Below, piece after piece: positions 1 through 10,788 of a stretch of DNA of 37,787 nt; the stretch's first letter is position 1; every line of letters starts with the position of its first letter. Under the pieces are notes generated by a model that did not search any database, was not told where the DNA came from, and worked only from the letters and a program-made list of their open reading frames with translations. The position numbers were made by a program, and so were the translations under genes. Source of the DNA: Barthelona sp. PCE. Its lineage: Eukaryota. The DNA lies in NCBI GenBank assembly GCA_040285745.1, contig JAUFOR010000003.1, positions 1,550,001-1,587,787 on the forward strand. Direction: 5' to 3'.

Positions 1-1
1 G

Positions 2-349
2 TGGGAGCCCATCTGCCTAAGCGACATGCAGTTAAGCATCAGAATGGTTGATCCATTCATCAGGAAGACCATGACATGCAAGGGTGGCGCACATAACCTC
101 GTGACTAAGTTGCCTGATCGTTATGGTGTATTTACCATGGAGGTTGATTACGAACATGTCGGTCTGACAAACGTCCGCCACACAGACGAGGTAGTTATCC
201 GCTCCCTGCCCCACACCCACTTTATGCGTTTCATTAAGGTCGCCTACCCATACTATGCCGTTGTTATTGCGTGCATGATTGCGGTTATTTGCGTCTTCTG
301 CCTAACATTGGGTCATTTACAGACTGAGAAGAAGAAGAAGGTAGAGTAA
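2..349 (+). CDS. WBP1: Oligosaccharyltransferase 48 kDa subunit (OST48/WBP1), C-terminal part; 5' end lies outside the window
   Basis: Frame is open from base 2 (WEPICLSDMQLSIRMVDPFIR). LPDRYGVFTMEVDY and RFIKVAYPYY match the DDOST C-terminus, followed by one TM helix and a KKxx ER-retrieval tail (KKKKVE). Confidence 0.9.
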   Translation, partial: WEPICLSDMQLSIRMVDPFIRKTMTCKGGAHNLVTKLPDRYGVFTMEVDYEHVGLTNVRHTDEVVIRSLPHTHFMRFIKVAYPYYAVVIACMIAVICVFCLTLGHLQTEKKKKVE

Positions 350-362
350 AATCGAGTGTTTA

Positions 363-923
363 CTAGCAGCCACAGCCGGTGTCCGAGTCTTCCTCGTCGT
401 CATCGATGATTTGAGCTGGATCATCTAGTTTGGGCGGTTGACTGGAGAGTTCCCGAGCGATATCTGTGAACACGCCAAGGACGTTGTCACCCGTCTTAGC
501 TGATGTGAAATAGTGCTTCACGTTATTATTAACTGCATAGCTCTCACCGCTTACCCGGCGTTCCAGATCTGATTTGTTACCCACAATGCACATTGGCACG
601 TTATTGGTGTTGCGTCTCAGCTCCTGTACCCACATGTCAACGCGTTCCAGACTTTGCTCGTCAGTGGTATCGTAGACCAACAGTGCATAATCTGCGTCTC
701 TGTAATAGACGGAACTAAGGTGGCTGTATCGTTCTTGGCCGGCTGTGTCCCACACATTAATTGAGACACGCTTGTTATCGACCTGAATGGTCTTTGAGAG
801 GAATGTAACAATAACGCTAGATTTCTCAAATTGATTAAAGGAATTGTAGACGAGGCGCTGCAGAATAGATGTTTTGCCGCATCGCTCAATGCCCAAAATG
901 ATTACTTTGAAAGGTGCTTGCAT
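363..923 (-). CDS. Rab GTPase, Rab21-like (divergent)
   Basis: GxxxxGKT, WDTAGQE, NKSD and SAK motifs; C-terminal CGC prenylation signal; TFLSK..KRVSINVW and YYRDA resemble Rab21. Likely ATG at 923 (MQAPFKV). Confidence 0.85.
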   Translation of the reverse strand: MQAPFKVIILGIERCGKTSILQRLVYNSFNQFEKSSVIVTFLSKTIQVDNKRVSINVWDTAGQERYSHLSSVYYRDADYALLVYDTTDEQSLERVDMWVQELRRNTNNVPMCIVGNKSDLERRVSGESYAVNNNVKHYFTSAKTGDNVLGVFTDIARELSSQPPKLDDPAQIIDDDEEDSDTGCGC

Positions 924-1516
924 AAATTTTGAAAAAAAATGTAAATGGTTGAGGTTTTCTTTGATGGCGTGGTTAAAAAGTGCTGAAAAAGTTATAGACA
1001 AGTCCGATGAGTGGAAATAACCCTGTGATGCCTGAGTAATGAAGGGAAAAACTCGATAACAATTGAAATGCTTCTCATTGTAAATCTTCTTGCTTAGTGG
1101 CGCTTTTAAAATCATTTACTCGTTGCTTAGCGTATATAAATATCAGAATGTCTTTGGTGCGAAAAAGAATTGTATTCAACTTAATAAACCAGTATGTTCT
1201 GAAGCTCTGCTGATATTAGTCGATATGAGCAGTATTTGGCCTTTAAGAACCACATGGATGAGCAAGATTGATTCAAACAATATGCAAAGGTTCAACAAAT
1301 ATTTTAGTTGAATTTTATGGTTCTAAAACTATTTTTGAGTTCAAATTTAAAGTTAAAAAGATGAGAAAAAAATACAAAAACACAGAACCTTTTTGATTGC
1401 AAAATTCTTCACTATTACCGTTTATATCAGAACATTATGTGGCATCACATCCTTCAAATGTCTCTTCTTTACACCAGTTAGTTGTTGATCTTGTTTATTC
1501 TTTCATTTACTTTTTC

Positions 1517-2242
1517 ATGGACTTCATTGCAGAAGATTTTGAGAAAACTTTCAAGGTTGTCGTTATTGGTGATGGCCGAAGTGGTAAATCAAGCATGATT
1601 AAACGTTACTGCGAAGGTGTTTTCAATGCAGACTACAAAAAGACTATCGGTGTTAATTTCCTGGAGAAAACATGCTATTACGAGCGCGACGACCAGGATG
1701 TTACATTGCATATTTGGGATACAGCAGGGCAGGAAGAATTTTCCTCTCTAACACAGCATTACTACCGTGGATCTTCAGCATGCATCATTGTGTGCTCTCT
1801 TGACAACTACGACAGCTTTGAACATATTCTTGAATGGAAAGAGAAAGTTTTAGAGGAGGTTGGGCAGATTCCAATATGTTTTGCCATTAATAAGATGGAT
1901 CTGATTGGAACCGAAGAAGCACAATTTACCCTTGAAGATGTCGAGAACAGGTTTTATATGATGAAGATGAAACATTTCGAATGCTCTGTGAAAGACGATA
2001 GTGGTGTAACAGATATTTTCGACTACCTCGTCGAAAAATGCATGAATCCTCAAAAACACGTAGAGAACACAGTAGAGCTCACATTTGATCATGAAGAACA
2101 TTCAAAGCCTGTAACTAGAACAAGAACTGTGTCTAAACGTGAAGCACCTTTGACAGCAAACAGAGAAATTACCTTGATGCATCAACAGGATCAAGATGAT
2201 ACCTCAAAGAGCTTCTGGGAGGGTTTTTGTGCCTTGCTATAG
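1517..2242 (+). CDS. RAB23: Rab23 GTPase
   Basis: GKSSMIKRYCEGVFNADYKKTIGVNFLE and WDTAGQEEF are Rab23-typical; single-Cys CaaX end (CALL). ATG at 1517. Confidence 0.88.
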   Translation: MDFIAEDFEKTFKVVVIGDGRSGKSSMIKRYCEGVFNADYKKTIGVNFLEKTCYYERDDQDVTLHIWDTAGQEEFSSLTQHYYRGSSACIIVCSLDNYDSFEHILEWKEKVLEEVGQIPICFAINKMDLIGTEEAQFTLEDVENRFYMMKMKHFECSVKDDSGVTDIFDYLVEKCMNPQKHVENTVELTFDHEEHSKPVTRTRTVSKREAPLTANREITLMHQQDQDDTSKSFWEGFCALL

Positions 2243-2470
2243 TCTTGTTAATAAAACAGAACAATTGATACCAATGTGCGCATTAGAAAAAGCTACATAT
2301 TTATCAGTAAAAAGACATTTGTGTTGGTATTTCTGACTGTATTGGCTATTTTACGGTTGATAACTAACAAAAATAAGCTCTACAAAATAGTATAGCCTTG
2401 AAACAGTGTATTTCAGAATAAGTTCCTTTTCTTAAGTTGGTTCCATTTTACACCATCCACGTATTCCAAA

Positions 2471-3046
2471 ATGTTCGAGAATGAGTATCACGATGATGAA
2501 AATCACAGTTCCAGTGAATCCGATGGCTTCAGCTCAGATGATGAGTTTGTTGCTATGAGACAACAGAGATTGTCTGGAATCAGGAAACGCCAGGCAGTCC
2601 TTGAGAAATATTTAGCATTACAGCACGGAGAAGTTACCACCATTCAAGAGAATGAAGTTCTTGATGTTTGTAAGAACAGCACATTCGTTGTCATGCACTT
2701 CTTCCACAAAGACTTTGAGAGATGCAAGTTAATGGACGCTCACTTAAAGAATATTGCTCCTCAATATCTTGGTACACGTTTTTGTCGTATTGAGGCTGAG
2801 TTTGCCGCTTTCTTCTGCTCAAAGCTCAATGTACAGATCCTTCCGTGCGTCATTATGTTCAAGGGTGGTATTGGTGGTGACCGTATTGTTGGCTTCGAGG
2901 GTATTGGAAATGAAACCGATGAATTTACAACTAAGGATCTCATCAGACGCCTGAACGAGGCACACATGCTCTACACTGGTATGGAGCAGTTTGATAACCA
3001 GAAAAACGAGGATGAAGATAGAAACACCGGTCGTCTCACTTTCTAG
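2471..3046 (+). CDS. TXNDC9: Phosducin-like thioredoxin-domain protein (TXNDC9/Plp1 type)
   Basis: HGEVTTI, VVMHFFHKDFERCKLMDAHL, AAFFCSKLNVQILPC and DRIVGFEGIG..DEFTT match this family. Confidence 0.88.
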   Translation: MFENEYHDDENHSSSESDGFSSDDEFVAMRQQRLSGIRKRQAVLEKYLALQHGEVTTIQENEVLDVCKNSTFVVMHFFHKDFERCKLMDAHLKNIAPQYLGTRFCRIEAEFAAFFCSKLNVQILPCVIMFKGGIGGDRIVGFEGIGNETDEFTTKDLIRRLNEAHMLYTGMEQFDNQKNEDEDRNTGRLTF

Positions 3047-3189
3047 TCTAAATAATTACATGTATTCATCAGCTCAGCGAATAAATCAGCACCTTTAGCT
3101 CTGTTTGTATTGGTTTAGATTGTGAAAATTTTCGATATGTGAACTATTTGAACATTGCAGGTGTTTTAGCAAAAAAATCTATTTTCATC

Positions 3190-4047
3190 ATGCAGAGCAC
3201 TTTAGATGTTCTCACGACGGGCTATAAACCTGATATCCAGGATACGTCACAAGGAATGGAACCTGTACCATCAATCAACCAACGTTCCAGGACTTCTCAA
3301 AACAGATTCTCAAATATTCCACCCAAAAAGCAGCGAACGGACAATCAGGATGAGGATAAGACAGAAAAAAAGGAACAAACGTGTGAAGCAGCAAAGGTTT
3401 TCATTCGGGCTTGTGCAAGTGGATATTCAGATTCTTTAATGAAAGATGATGTCGGATACTTTGTCGACGTCGGGATTTCAGGCAGTGATGAATTTAAACG
3501 AGTGATGCTACGAGCACCCGCACTCAAGTCACTAATGACTATCTCTAGTACCAGAATAACGATAAGGGGACGTATTGGTGACAGCACTAACCCCCTCACC
3601 GCGCGAATCAGCAGCAAAGATGAGGATACACTTCGAAGAGCGAGACATTTTTTTGGTATCCTCCAAAACGAAAACGTGTTAGACATGGGTGAGGTTGAGA
3701 TGAAGAGGTTCTCATCGCAGGCGTTTTCTATGAAGCGCGTTCTGCATTTTGAAAATGTTAAGGGTTCTTTCAGTATGCGACACAAACTTTTAGGCATGAA
3801 TGGCGTAAATTTTAAGCATATTCGTGACTTAAGTGGCGCTAAACTATCTATAGACGACAGCACGATAGAAATAACAGCCACAAACGCTACACAGTTAGAA
3901 GAAGCTGAGAGATTGACAACTTTGTTGCTCAATACGACAAAAGAGGCTCTTAAACAACATCAAACACAGCACAAGCTTGTGACTCTGCGTGAGAGACGTA
4001 GAGAAGCTTTGCGTATGAAGACCCCTGGCTTCTCATTTCTGAAGTAA
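3190..4047 (+). CDS. KH-domain RNA-binding protein, KHDC4/BLOM7-like
   Basis: KLLGMNGVNFKHIRDLSGAKL is a KH GxxG loop; a degenerate first KH ends in ITIRGR. First ATG at 3190. Confidence 0.65.
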   Translation: MQSTLDVLTTGYKPDIQDTSQGMEPVPSINQRSRTSQNRFSNIPPKKQRTDNQDEDKTEKKEQTCEAAKVFIRACASGYSDSLMKDDVGYFVDVGISGSDEFKRVMLRAPALKSLMTISSTRITIRGRIGDSTNPLTARISSKDEDTLRRARHFFGILQNENVLDMGEVEMKRFSSQAFSMKRVLHFENVKGSFSMRHKLLGMNGVNFKHIRDLSGAKLSIDDSTIEITATNATQLEEAERLTTLLLNTTKEALKQHQTQHKLVTLRERRREALRMKTPGFSFLK

Positions 4048-4134
4048 AAATCGCAACCCTGGAAAAACGCTTCTCTCCCTTCTCTTAAAATTTTGGGACT
4101 GCAAAAAGCATATATGAAAATATTTACAGATTAA

Positions 4135-6459
4135 ATGAACCGGAAATTGCAAAAAACAACAGTTTATGGAGATCTTGGGAGTATAATGCTCTCACAACCA
4201 ATCCAGAACAATGATCTACCGCCACGTGAGACTGCACGGAGTAGCGGGGCCCGGTCTAAACATATAAATAGACCTAAAAAGAAGAAGAGAAAGAAAAAGC
4301 AACTTTCACCATTTTCTGACTCTAAAACATTTTTCAATTCCTTTTCGTCAAAAACTTCCAGCGCTTCCCCAAGGGAGTCGCTTAAAACGCCAGAATCACC
4401 CATTATGAGCAAGAAAGTAGACTACTTTGCAAACCTGAGAATTGCTCAGTATGGTGTTTCCAAAAGCCATAAAGCAATATGGTCCCTTGTTGACACGGGC
4501 CGCATCACAGCAGTGAACATCATGAGTGACGATGACATTGGCGAGGTGAGCTCGGTAGACGTCATCGTACTAGATCTTACGAGGGTTAAGAAGGATGAGG
4601 CGGTAACAAGATTACATGAATTCGCCGTTAACCAACAGGCCACATTTACAGTGGCAGATGTTCGCTGGCTGCGTTCTTGTCTGAAGGTTCAAAAGCTGCT
4701 GCCCTATGGCCAGTGGAAAATTGATGTTCCCAAAGAGTATGAGGTTATGTACCCGGCAGTTGATGAATCCGCTAAGCGGGTCGCCGTGGTTGACGCAGAC
4801 GAGGACGATAGTGTTTTCTGGAACGCTAAAGATAAAAACCCTGCGCTCGCCGAATTTGCCAAGCAGTATATGAGACATGCAACAACAAACGGTGACTACT
4901 ACATGCAACTTGTACGCGATGAGCACATAGCTCCCGAGAGACTCCGGTTGATCGCGCCTAAACGTCAGCCATACATGTATCTTTCGGATGAGGAGGCAGC
5001 CATAGAAATCGAGAACCAGCGCCAATTACTGAACGCTTCTCTCACTGAGACAGACCGGTACCACATCGATTATGTGCGGAAAAGAACGCATGCGTACCTA
5101 CAAGGTTGTGATCCGCAAAAAGACGGGTCATCACAATATCTTCGCAAAGGAGAGCTCGTTAGTGATTTTACTTTGTTTTTGCACGGTTTTGAGTCCTACT
5201 TAAAGTCACTAAAAACAGTTGGTAAGAGTGAAAAACATTTTCGAACATCAGGAACAATGGCGTTTATGCGGTCTCTTGAGATCATTATTCAACGCCACTA
5301 CTTCGCCCTAAACACACTTTCTGGGTTTCTTGAGCTTTGCTCTTTCCTTGACGGGGAAGAATCTGTTACATTCTCAACCAGAACCCATTTCAAGATGCAG
5401 TATCTTTTCTTCAAGATCCTCTTTCTCGGAGAGTTCTTTTCTCGTGCTGACGGTGTCATGAATGGCATGAACGTCGATATCACAAGGACAATAAGTGAAA
5501 CAAACCCAAAGAACAACATCTGTTTCGGCTTCAACCAGATTGTTTCTTTCTACAACGGTGCTCCACCAGCAGTTTGTGCAGAGCTGAATGCACAGGTCAT
5601 GGAGGCGTTTTCTGTTGTCAAATGTGATCAGGATCTTGCAGAAGCTGTCCAGATTACAGCGTATACAACAAAGATACTGAGCGAGAGCCAGCGCCACCAC
5701 GTTGAGGAGCTGGCCGGCGTACATGGCATATCTGTTGAGACAGCTGCAGAACTGGTCTTGCATAAAGGACTGACGCTGACGAAGCTCGAGCAGAATCCAT
5801 TGCTTTTGGACAGAAAGATTCCTCAGCTTGACCTGGCGCTCTCGTACGTACGGCAATACAGCCAGCGGATGCCTCGTGCTGAGGTGGAGAGGATATTCAA
5901 CATTGTCAAGACGGCATGCGACAACCTCCCAGCGTTCAGCTACTCTGATGACTTTGAACTTGTGCTCTGTGGCAGTTATGCGCGAGGATATAAAACGTGC
6001 GGTGACGTTGACATCCTCCTCGTTGTTCCAGAGACATGGGACCTGGGTTCGAGTCCCGTTCTACTCTTTGATCTTGTTCGTGAGCTGAACAGCAGCGGAC
6101 ATATCGTTGGGTGCTTATCCGGTGAGGAGAGCGCCAAAAAATGGATGGGATTAGTGAGAACAAGTGAGAATGCATTGGCTCGTCGTCTTGACCTTCTTGT
6201 TGTTCGAAAGAGTGAGAAAGCACTTGCAACACTACATTTTATTGGTCCTGAACGATTCAACAGAAGTTTACGATGGCTAGCACGGAAGTATAACCTGAGC
6301 TTGAGTCAGCATAACATGCGCTTCAGAGGAACGGCATCGGAAGGCGCCGACGCTAATGGTATTCCGTTGCTAATTCGTAAGGAAGAGGATGTGTTCAAGT
6401 ACCTTGGCCTAGAGTACGTTGAAGCGCATATGCGAGAAAGTGCATCAGTAAAAAAATAG
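4135..6459 (+). CDS. Family X DNA polymerase (lambda/beta-like) with a putative N-terminal BRCT domain
   Basis: CGSYARG..CGDVDIL, RRLDL, LHFIG..FNRSLR..A..LSQH and EEDVFKYLGLEYV; BRCT-like WLRSCLK. Alternative start at 4186. Confidence 0.92.
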   Translation: MNRKLQKTTVYGDLGSIMLSQPIQNNDLPPRETARSSGARSKHINRPKKKKRKKKQLSPFSDSKTFFNSFSSKTSSASPRESLKTPESPIMSKKVDYFANLRIAQYGVSKSHKAIWSLVDTGRITAVNIMSDDDIGEVSSVDVIVLDLTRVKKDEAVTRLHEFAVNQQATFTVADVRWLRSCLKVQKLLPYGQWKIDVPKEYEVMYPAVDESAKRVAVVDADEDDSVFWNAKDKNPALAEFAKQYMRHATTNGDYYMQLVRDEHIAPERLRLIAPKRQPYMYLSDEEAAIEIENQRQLLNASLTETDRYHIDYVRKRTHAYLQGCDPQKDGSSQYLRKGELVSDFTLFLHGFESYLKSLKTVGKSEKHFRTSGTMAFMRSLEIIIQRHYFALNTLSGFLELCSFLDGEESVTFSTRTHFKMQYLFFKILFLGEFFSRADGVMNGMNVDITRTISETNPKNNICFGFNQIVSFYNGAPPAVCAELNAQVMEAFSVVKCDQDLAEAVQITAYTTKILSESQRHHVEELAGVHGISVETAAELVLHKGLTLTKLEQNPLLLDRKIPQLDLALSYVRQYSQRMPRAEVERIFNIVKTACDNLPAFSYSDDFELVLCGSYARGYKTCGDVDILLVVPETWDLGSSPVLLFDLVRELNSSGHIVGCLSGEESAKKWMGLVRTSENALARRLDLLVVRKSEKALATLHFIGPERFNRSLRWLARKYNLSLSQHNMRFRGTASEGADANGIPLLIRKEEDVFKYLGLEYVEAHMRESASVKK

Positions 6460-6544
6460 TGTATGTTTCAGGCGCTGTGAAAACTTGTCAAAAAAAAAAA
6501 TTGCTGTTGTTACACCTATCAAATGCTACCAATTTAACCCATGT

Positions 6545-7163
6545 TCAAGTTCGTAAAACTACACCGCGCACCAATCGTGGGATATAAGCTCGTACACCGA
6601 CGGCCTCAGATGGACGTCGTGTGCTTGAAATGTCTGTTCTGTCCAGGGCGTAAATGAACGCGATTGTTCTTCCCAGCGAAAAAACATCGCTCGAGAACGT
6701 GTGCTCATGTCCCTCAGCAACCACCCGACCTGTAGCCGTCCGTCCCTACCACTGACGTACTCTGGGCCAGTTCTCAAACTGTGCGGCTTCAACGTCAGTA
6801 CCTACAGCTCGCAGGATTCCCGTCACTGTCGAAAACAAGAACATTCCGGGGGTTTAGGTCACGCAGGATGATGTTGTTGGTGTGCATTGTGAACAGGGCT
6901 TTCCACAAGTAGGAATACTGAAAATCTCCTCCAATGATGGGATTGAAAACACTTTGATACAGGTGGTATGCACTGTGACCACCGTCTCTTGACTCCCAGA
7001 ATGTGCATCTGTACGGTTCCGATGAAAGAACAATGTTCTCTACAGTAACTGTTTCATTATTGAAGCGTGCAATGTAAGCAAGCCCTTCTTCGCTTTTAAA
7101 TACTCGTACTATATTGTGAGATGAGGCTACAACCACAGATATGGAATAGAAATAGTAAAACAA
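6545..7163 (-). pseudogene. Frameshifted protein kinase relic
   Basis: Kinase motifs occur in the correct order but are separated by stops and frame changes: MHTNNIILRDLNPRNVLV (~6887-6834), VVGTDGYRS (6752-6726), SDVFSLG (6691-6671). Confidence 0.6.
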
Positions 7164-7308
7164 GAATAAATATCACTCCACCTTTCAAACAGCTTTCAGG
7201 GGCGTTTCAGGGTATTTCGGTGATCTGGGGGCTGAACTGTGAATGATTTTGTTTGTTCAAATTTTTTTTACTCTTTCACAAGTACAAGATTTTTAAGAAA
7301 CAGTTCTA

Positions 7309-8478
7309 ATGACAGAACTATGCCCAGAGTCAGAATCGGAATTAGAGGAGGAAAAGAAGCTTGCCAGCGTTAATATTCTGCTGTTCGTTATCAGTGCTGC
7401 AGCATTCTTAGTAACAGCATCCCAGATATTTACAAACGATCTTCTTTATTACAAAAGTGATGTGGGGAAGTACGCAATAATCGCCAGTATAACGTGGTTG
7501 TATATTTCAGTGCTGTATACAACCGTACGATGCATCTTATATGATGATAATGCTTGTTTTTATACCTTCAGGACTGTCTTTCTTGACATTCCTATTGCAG
7601 TTCTGCTTACAATTTTTTGCTTTTTAACTGGTTACGATTTTTCTTTGTTAATCATAGCAGGGATTTTAGCAATCTTGTGTATAAAACTCATAAGTCCCAC
7701 TGGAAAACTCACATTCAATCAAATTCTATACTCAAAACTTGATATATGGGTTGATGAATGGAAGAAAGAAAAAATTTTCATAGAGTTTGGTTATAATAGT
7801 AATCAATACGGTAAGTTTAATGTATGTGAAACAATTGTACCTGAAGAATTGGAGTGCTCTAATAATCGGTTATACTTACCAACCACACATCAAATTTGTA
7901 TAATATACCCTTCAGTTACATGTACTGCTGATGATGATTATACTGTTGAGTATGAAGAAAACATAAAGAATTATGCTGAAGACCGAATGCAACGTTCTTT
8001 ATTTAAGCGCGTAAAAAGAAGTAATGTGAAGTCAATTGCAGTAGTAATGGTTGATAAAGCACCTTTGTGGTTTAATCCAATATTTTTTGTGTTAATTAGT
8101 TTATTTTCACCATATCACTCTTGGTACTCTTTAATGTTATATTCTTCCTCTTACGATGGAATATATGTTGATTTAAGGAAGAAATACAAATTTGTTCCCA
8201 AATCTTTTGAATCAAGACAATTGGATAATGCAGTAGAGTTGGAAACGGAAGCAGGGAAACAGGAAGTTAATATAGATATTAGTGATGATGAAGTATCAAC
8301 TTTGAAGAAAAATATGATTGCAATGAAGACACAAATCACAGAACTTCAGGCTCAACTGATTCAACAAACTGCTGTTGTGAAGGTGAATTTGGAACCTTCA
8401 GCTCCAAATGCATGTGACGAACCCACACTAGCTACGCATGATAAAGGCGGTATTATCTACATTCCAACCGCTCTTTAA
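7309..8478 (+). CDS. Multi-pass membrane protein, TMEM151-like, with a C-terminal coiled coil
   Basis: 389-aa ORF with about four N-terminal hydrophobic segments, a soluble domain, then PLWFNPIFFVLISLFSPYHSWY..LRKKY. Paralogous layout to 10789..11724. Family call is tentative. Confidence 0.6.
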   Translation: MTELCPESESELEEEKKLASVNILLFVISAAAFLVTASQIFTNDLLYYKSDVGKYAIIASITWLYISVLYTTVRCILYDDNACFYTFRTVFLDIPIAVLLTIFCFLTGYDFSLLIIAGILAILCIKLISPTGKLTFNQILYSKLDIWVDEWKKEKIFIEFGYNSNQYGKFNVCETIVPEELECSNNRLYLPTTHQICIIYPSVTCTADDDYTVEYEENIKNYAEDRMQRSLFKRVKRSNVKSIAVVMVDKAPLWFNPIFFVLISLFSPYHSWYSLMLYSSSYDGIYVDLRKKYKFVPKSFESRQLDNAVELETEAGKQEVNIDISDDEVSTLKKNMIAMKTQITELQAQLIQQTAVVKVNLEPSAPNACDEPTLATHDKGGIIYIPTAL

Positions 8479-8488
8479 AATAAATTTG

Positions 8489-10646
8489 CTATTCATTATG
8501 GTAATGCTCATGATAATTGGGCATGTGGTACTCAACGATGGACGCCTCGGCCAGGAACGATGGAAGGTGGAACGTTTCCACAGTGTATTTCATTGATTCT
8601 GGGTCTTCCTCAACGTTATACGTTTTCAACACCATTATCTTGGTTTCTTCTTCGTATGACATGTCTTGAACAGTGTTATTGGGCAGATTATGATCGTGGT
8701 TTATATCAACATAGGGAAAACATGGTAAATTGTAGTTTGTGAAAAAACGCGTTTTAATTGCACCGTCTTCAACATATGCTTTAATGATCCCATCCCTTAC
8801 GTACATGTATGAGCCTCCTACGAAGTTTTGGAAACTGTCGCCTTTCCAAATTTCATCACGTTCAAAAAGGAGAACAGGCCCTAAAAAGCTTCCTGTTGAC
8901 CAATCTAAACAGTGTAAATGTTGCGTTGCTGCTTCTTCACTGCGTGTATGTACAACAAACAGCTGATGATCAGGTGTTTCAGCCAATGGACGAGGGTTGA
9001 AGTAAACATCTTCCACAGGTTCAAAAAAAACAATGTGCTTTTGAACCTCCACGTCATACCCGTTGACATTAAGCTGAAAAAAATGGATTGCTTCTTCACA
9101 TAAAATGCAAGCTGAATTATCAAAATGTGAACCATGAACACTTAGAACATAAATATTCGGTGGAAGCTCCAAAATCACCTTACTACCTGAATAAACCAAG
9201 CATGTATCATCTTCACGATAGTCAACATTTAAGGGCAACCCTAGAATAAAACCACGGTTTTCTGAACCACAATGAGGCAAAATGGTTGTGATGGATTCGG
9301 ATTCTGAGTCATTCCAGTGAATTTTTGCATATTTAGTACGTGCTTTGGCCATTACAAAAAAAAAAAAAAAATCATTTCCTTCATTTGGATGAACTGTTTG
9401 GATCTTGTACCTCATACGTCTCTGATTCTGAACCATATATTTGAAACTCGTATGTGACTCATTTATACGCATAGTTTTCAGCACAATAAGCTTCCTTTCT
9501 TTAAAAAAAAAGTAACATCTTATCGAAGAGTTATAATCATCGTACACTTCAGCTATTCCATCAAAAAATATTTTCTTTGGGTGAAGACTTTTCAAACGAA
9601 ACACCTCATTATCAACTGCTCTGAATTTGATTGGCCCATAACGTCTTGTAATTTTGTCAACACCACAAAAAACACAATCTTCATGATGAAAGGAATTATC
9701 GTTCAAATCTATATGCTTCAAGTCATTGAAGCGTACAATACTCAAATTCATTTCACCCTTTGACATTTTCAATTCACCATTTTCGATATGAATCACTTCC
9801 ACAAATCTTAAATCAATGAATACCATTGACAAAACATCTTGAGTGAGCGTTAATAATGCAAAATTCGAGAATCTGCTAATATTCAATCCTTTAAGCTGTG
9901 GAAACCTTTCTGTCAAGTTAACTTGGTTCCTCTGACTGTCAAATATTACCAATTCACCATATCTATGACCGTGAAGGACTGAGAAAATACAATCCGAGTT
10001 GTAACATATGATGAATTTTAAATAAGTATCATCTAACTGCTCAATATCAGGTTCATGTACCTCGTCCATGTCATCTGCAGAAAAATTGTAATGCCATATG
10101 GAATCATCTTGGCATTTCCTCAACAAAATGTAGTTTGAATTGATGTTTGATTCAACTGTATACTCTCCAAGACATCTATATTCATCGGTTAGAACATTTA
10201 ATATGTAGCATTGCCTCATTCTTCTGTTATTAACGGTTTCTTTAATGGAGAATAGTAGGTGATTTTTCCATTGGAAGTAATCTGCTAATTTGAAACCTTC
10301 CTATGTTATCAAACGGGAAGGGTATTCTCCTTCTTGTATGCTCATCGCTCATGATATCGTTAAGTATTAAGATATCAAGATGAGTTAACATACTACTGTC
10401 ATCAAAAAGCTGTTCGATGATCATGTAAGATTCTCCAGCTTTTAATTTATCCGTGTACTGAAGAGGCTTACGCGTACCATCCACATATCCAACAAAGTCC
10501 TTGCCTTCAATGGCACTTTCAATGAGGCTTATATCTTTGTTTTCTCTTGACTTAAGCAATATTAGACCCTTTCCCTCAAATATCAGCTGCCCCTCGGGAT
10601 ATGCCCTGATGATAAGGTCGTCCTCGAACTTTCGAACCCTAGGCAT
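8489..10646 (-). pseudogene. MPR-family beta-rich protein copy A, split by one frameshift (pseudogene or assembly indel)
   Basis: ORFs 10242..10646 and 8489..10219 align end to end with the intact paralog 34177..36375. The frame change lies at the 5-base run 10263-10267; the shifted frame reads NHLLFSI versus paralog NHIFFSI. Confidence 0.85.
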
Positions 10647-10788
10647 ATGGATGTGGTGAGAATTCCGGAAACAATGACTACTGCAGCTCTTCAGACGCAG
10701 GTAGTTCCCTTTTCTTTTTTGGTATAACTGTTTACATACTTACATATATTCAGGGACTGGTATCGCATTTTAACTCGCAGTAAACCAC

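Noticed and set aside
10242-10267. Euplotes-type stop-triggered +1 frameshift
   Set aside because: Similarity to the paralog resumes about six codons before the TAA, and the stop is preceded by CAT, not AAA.
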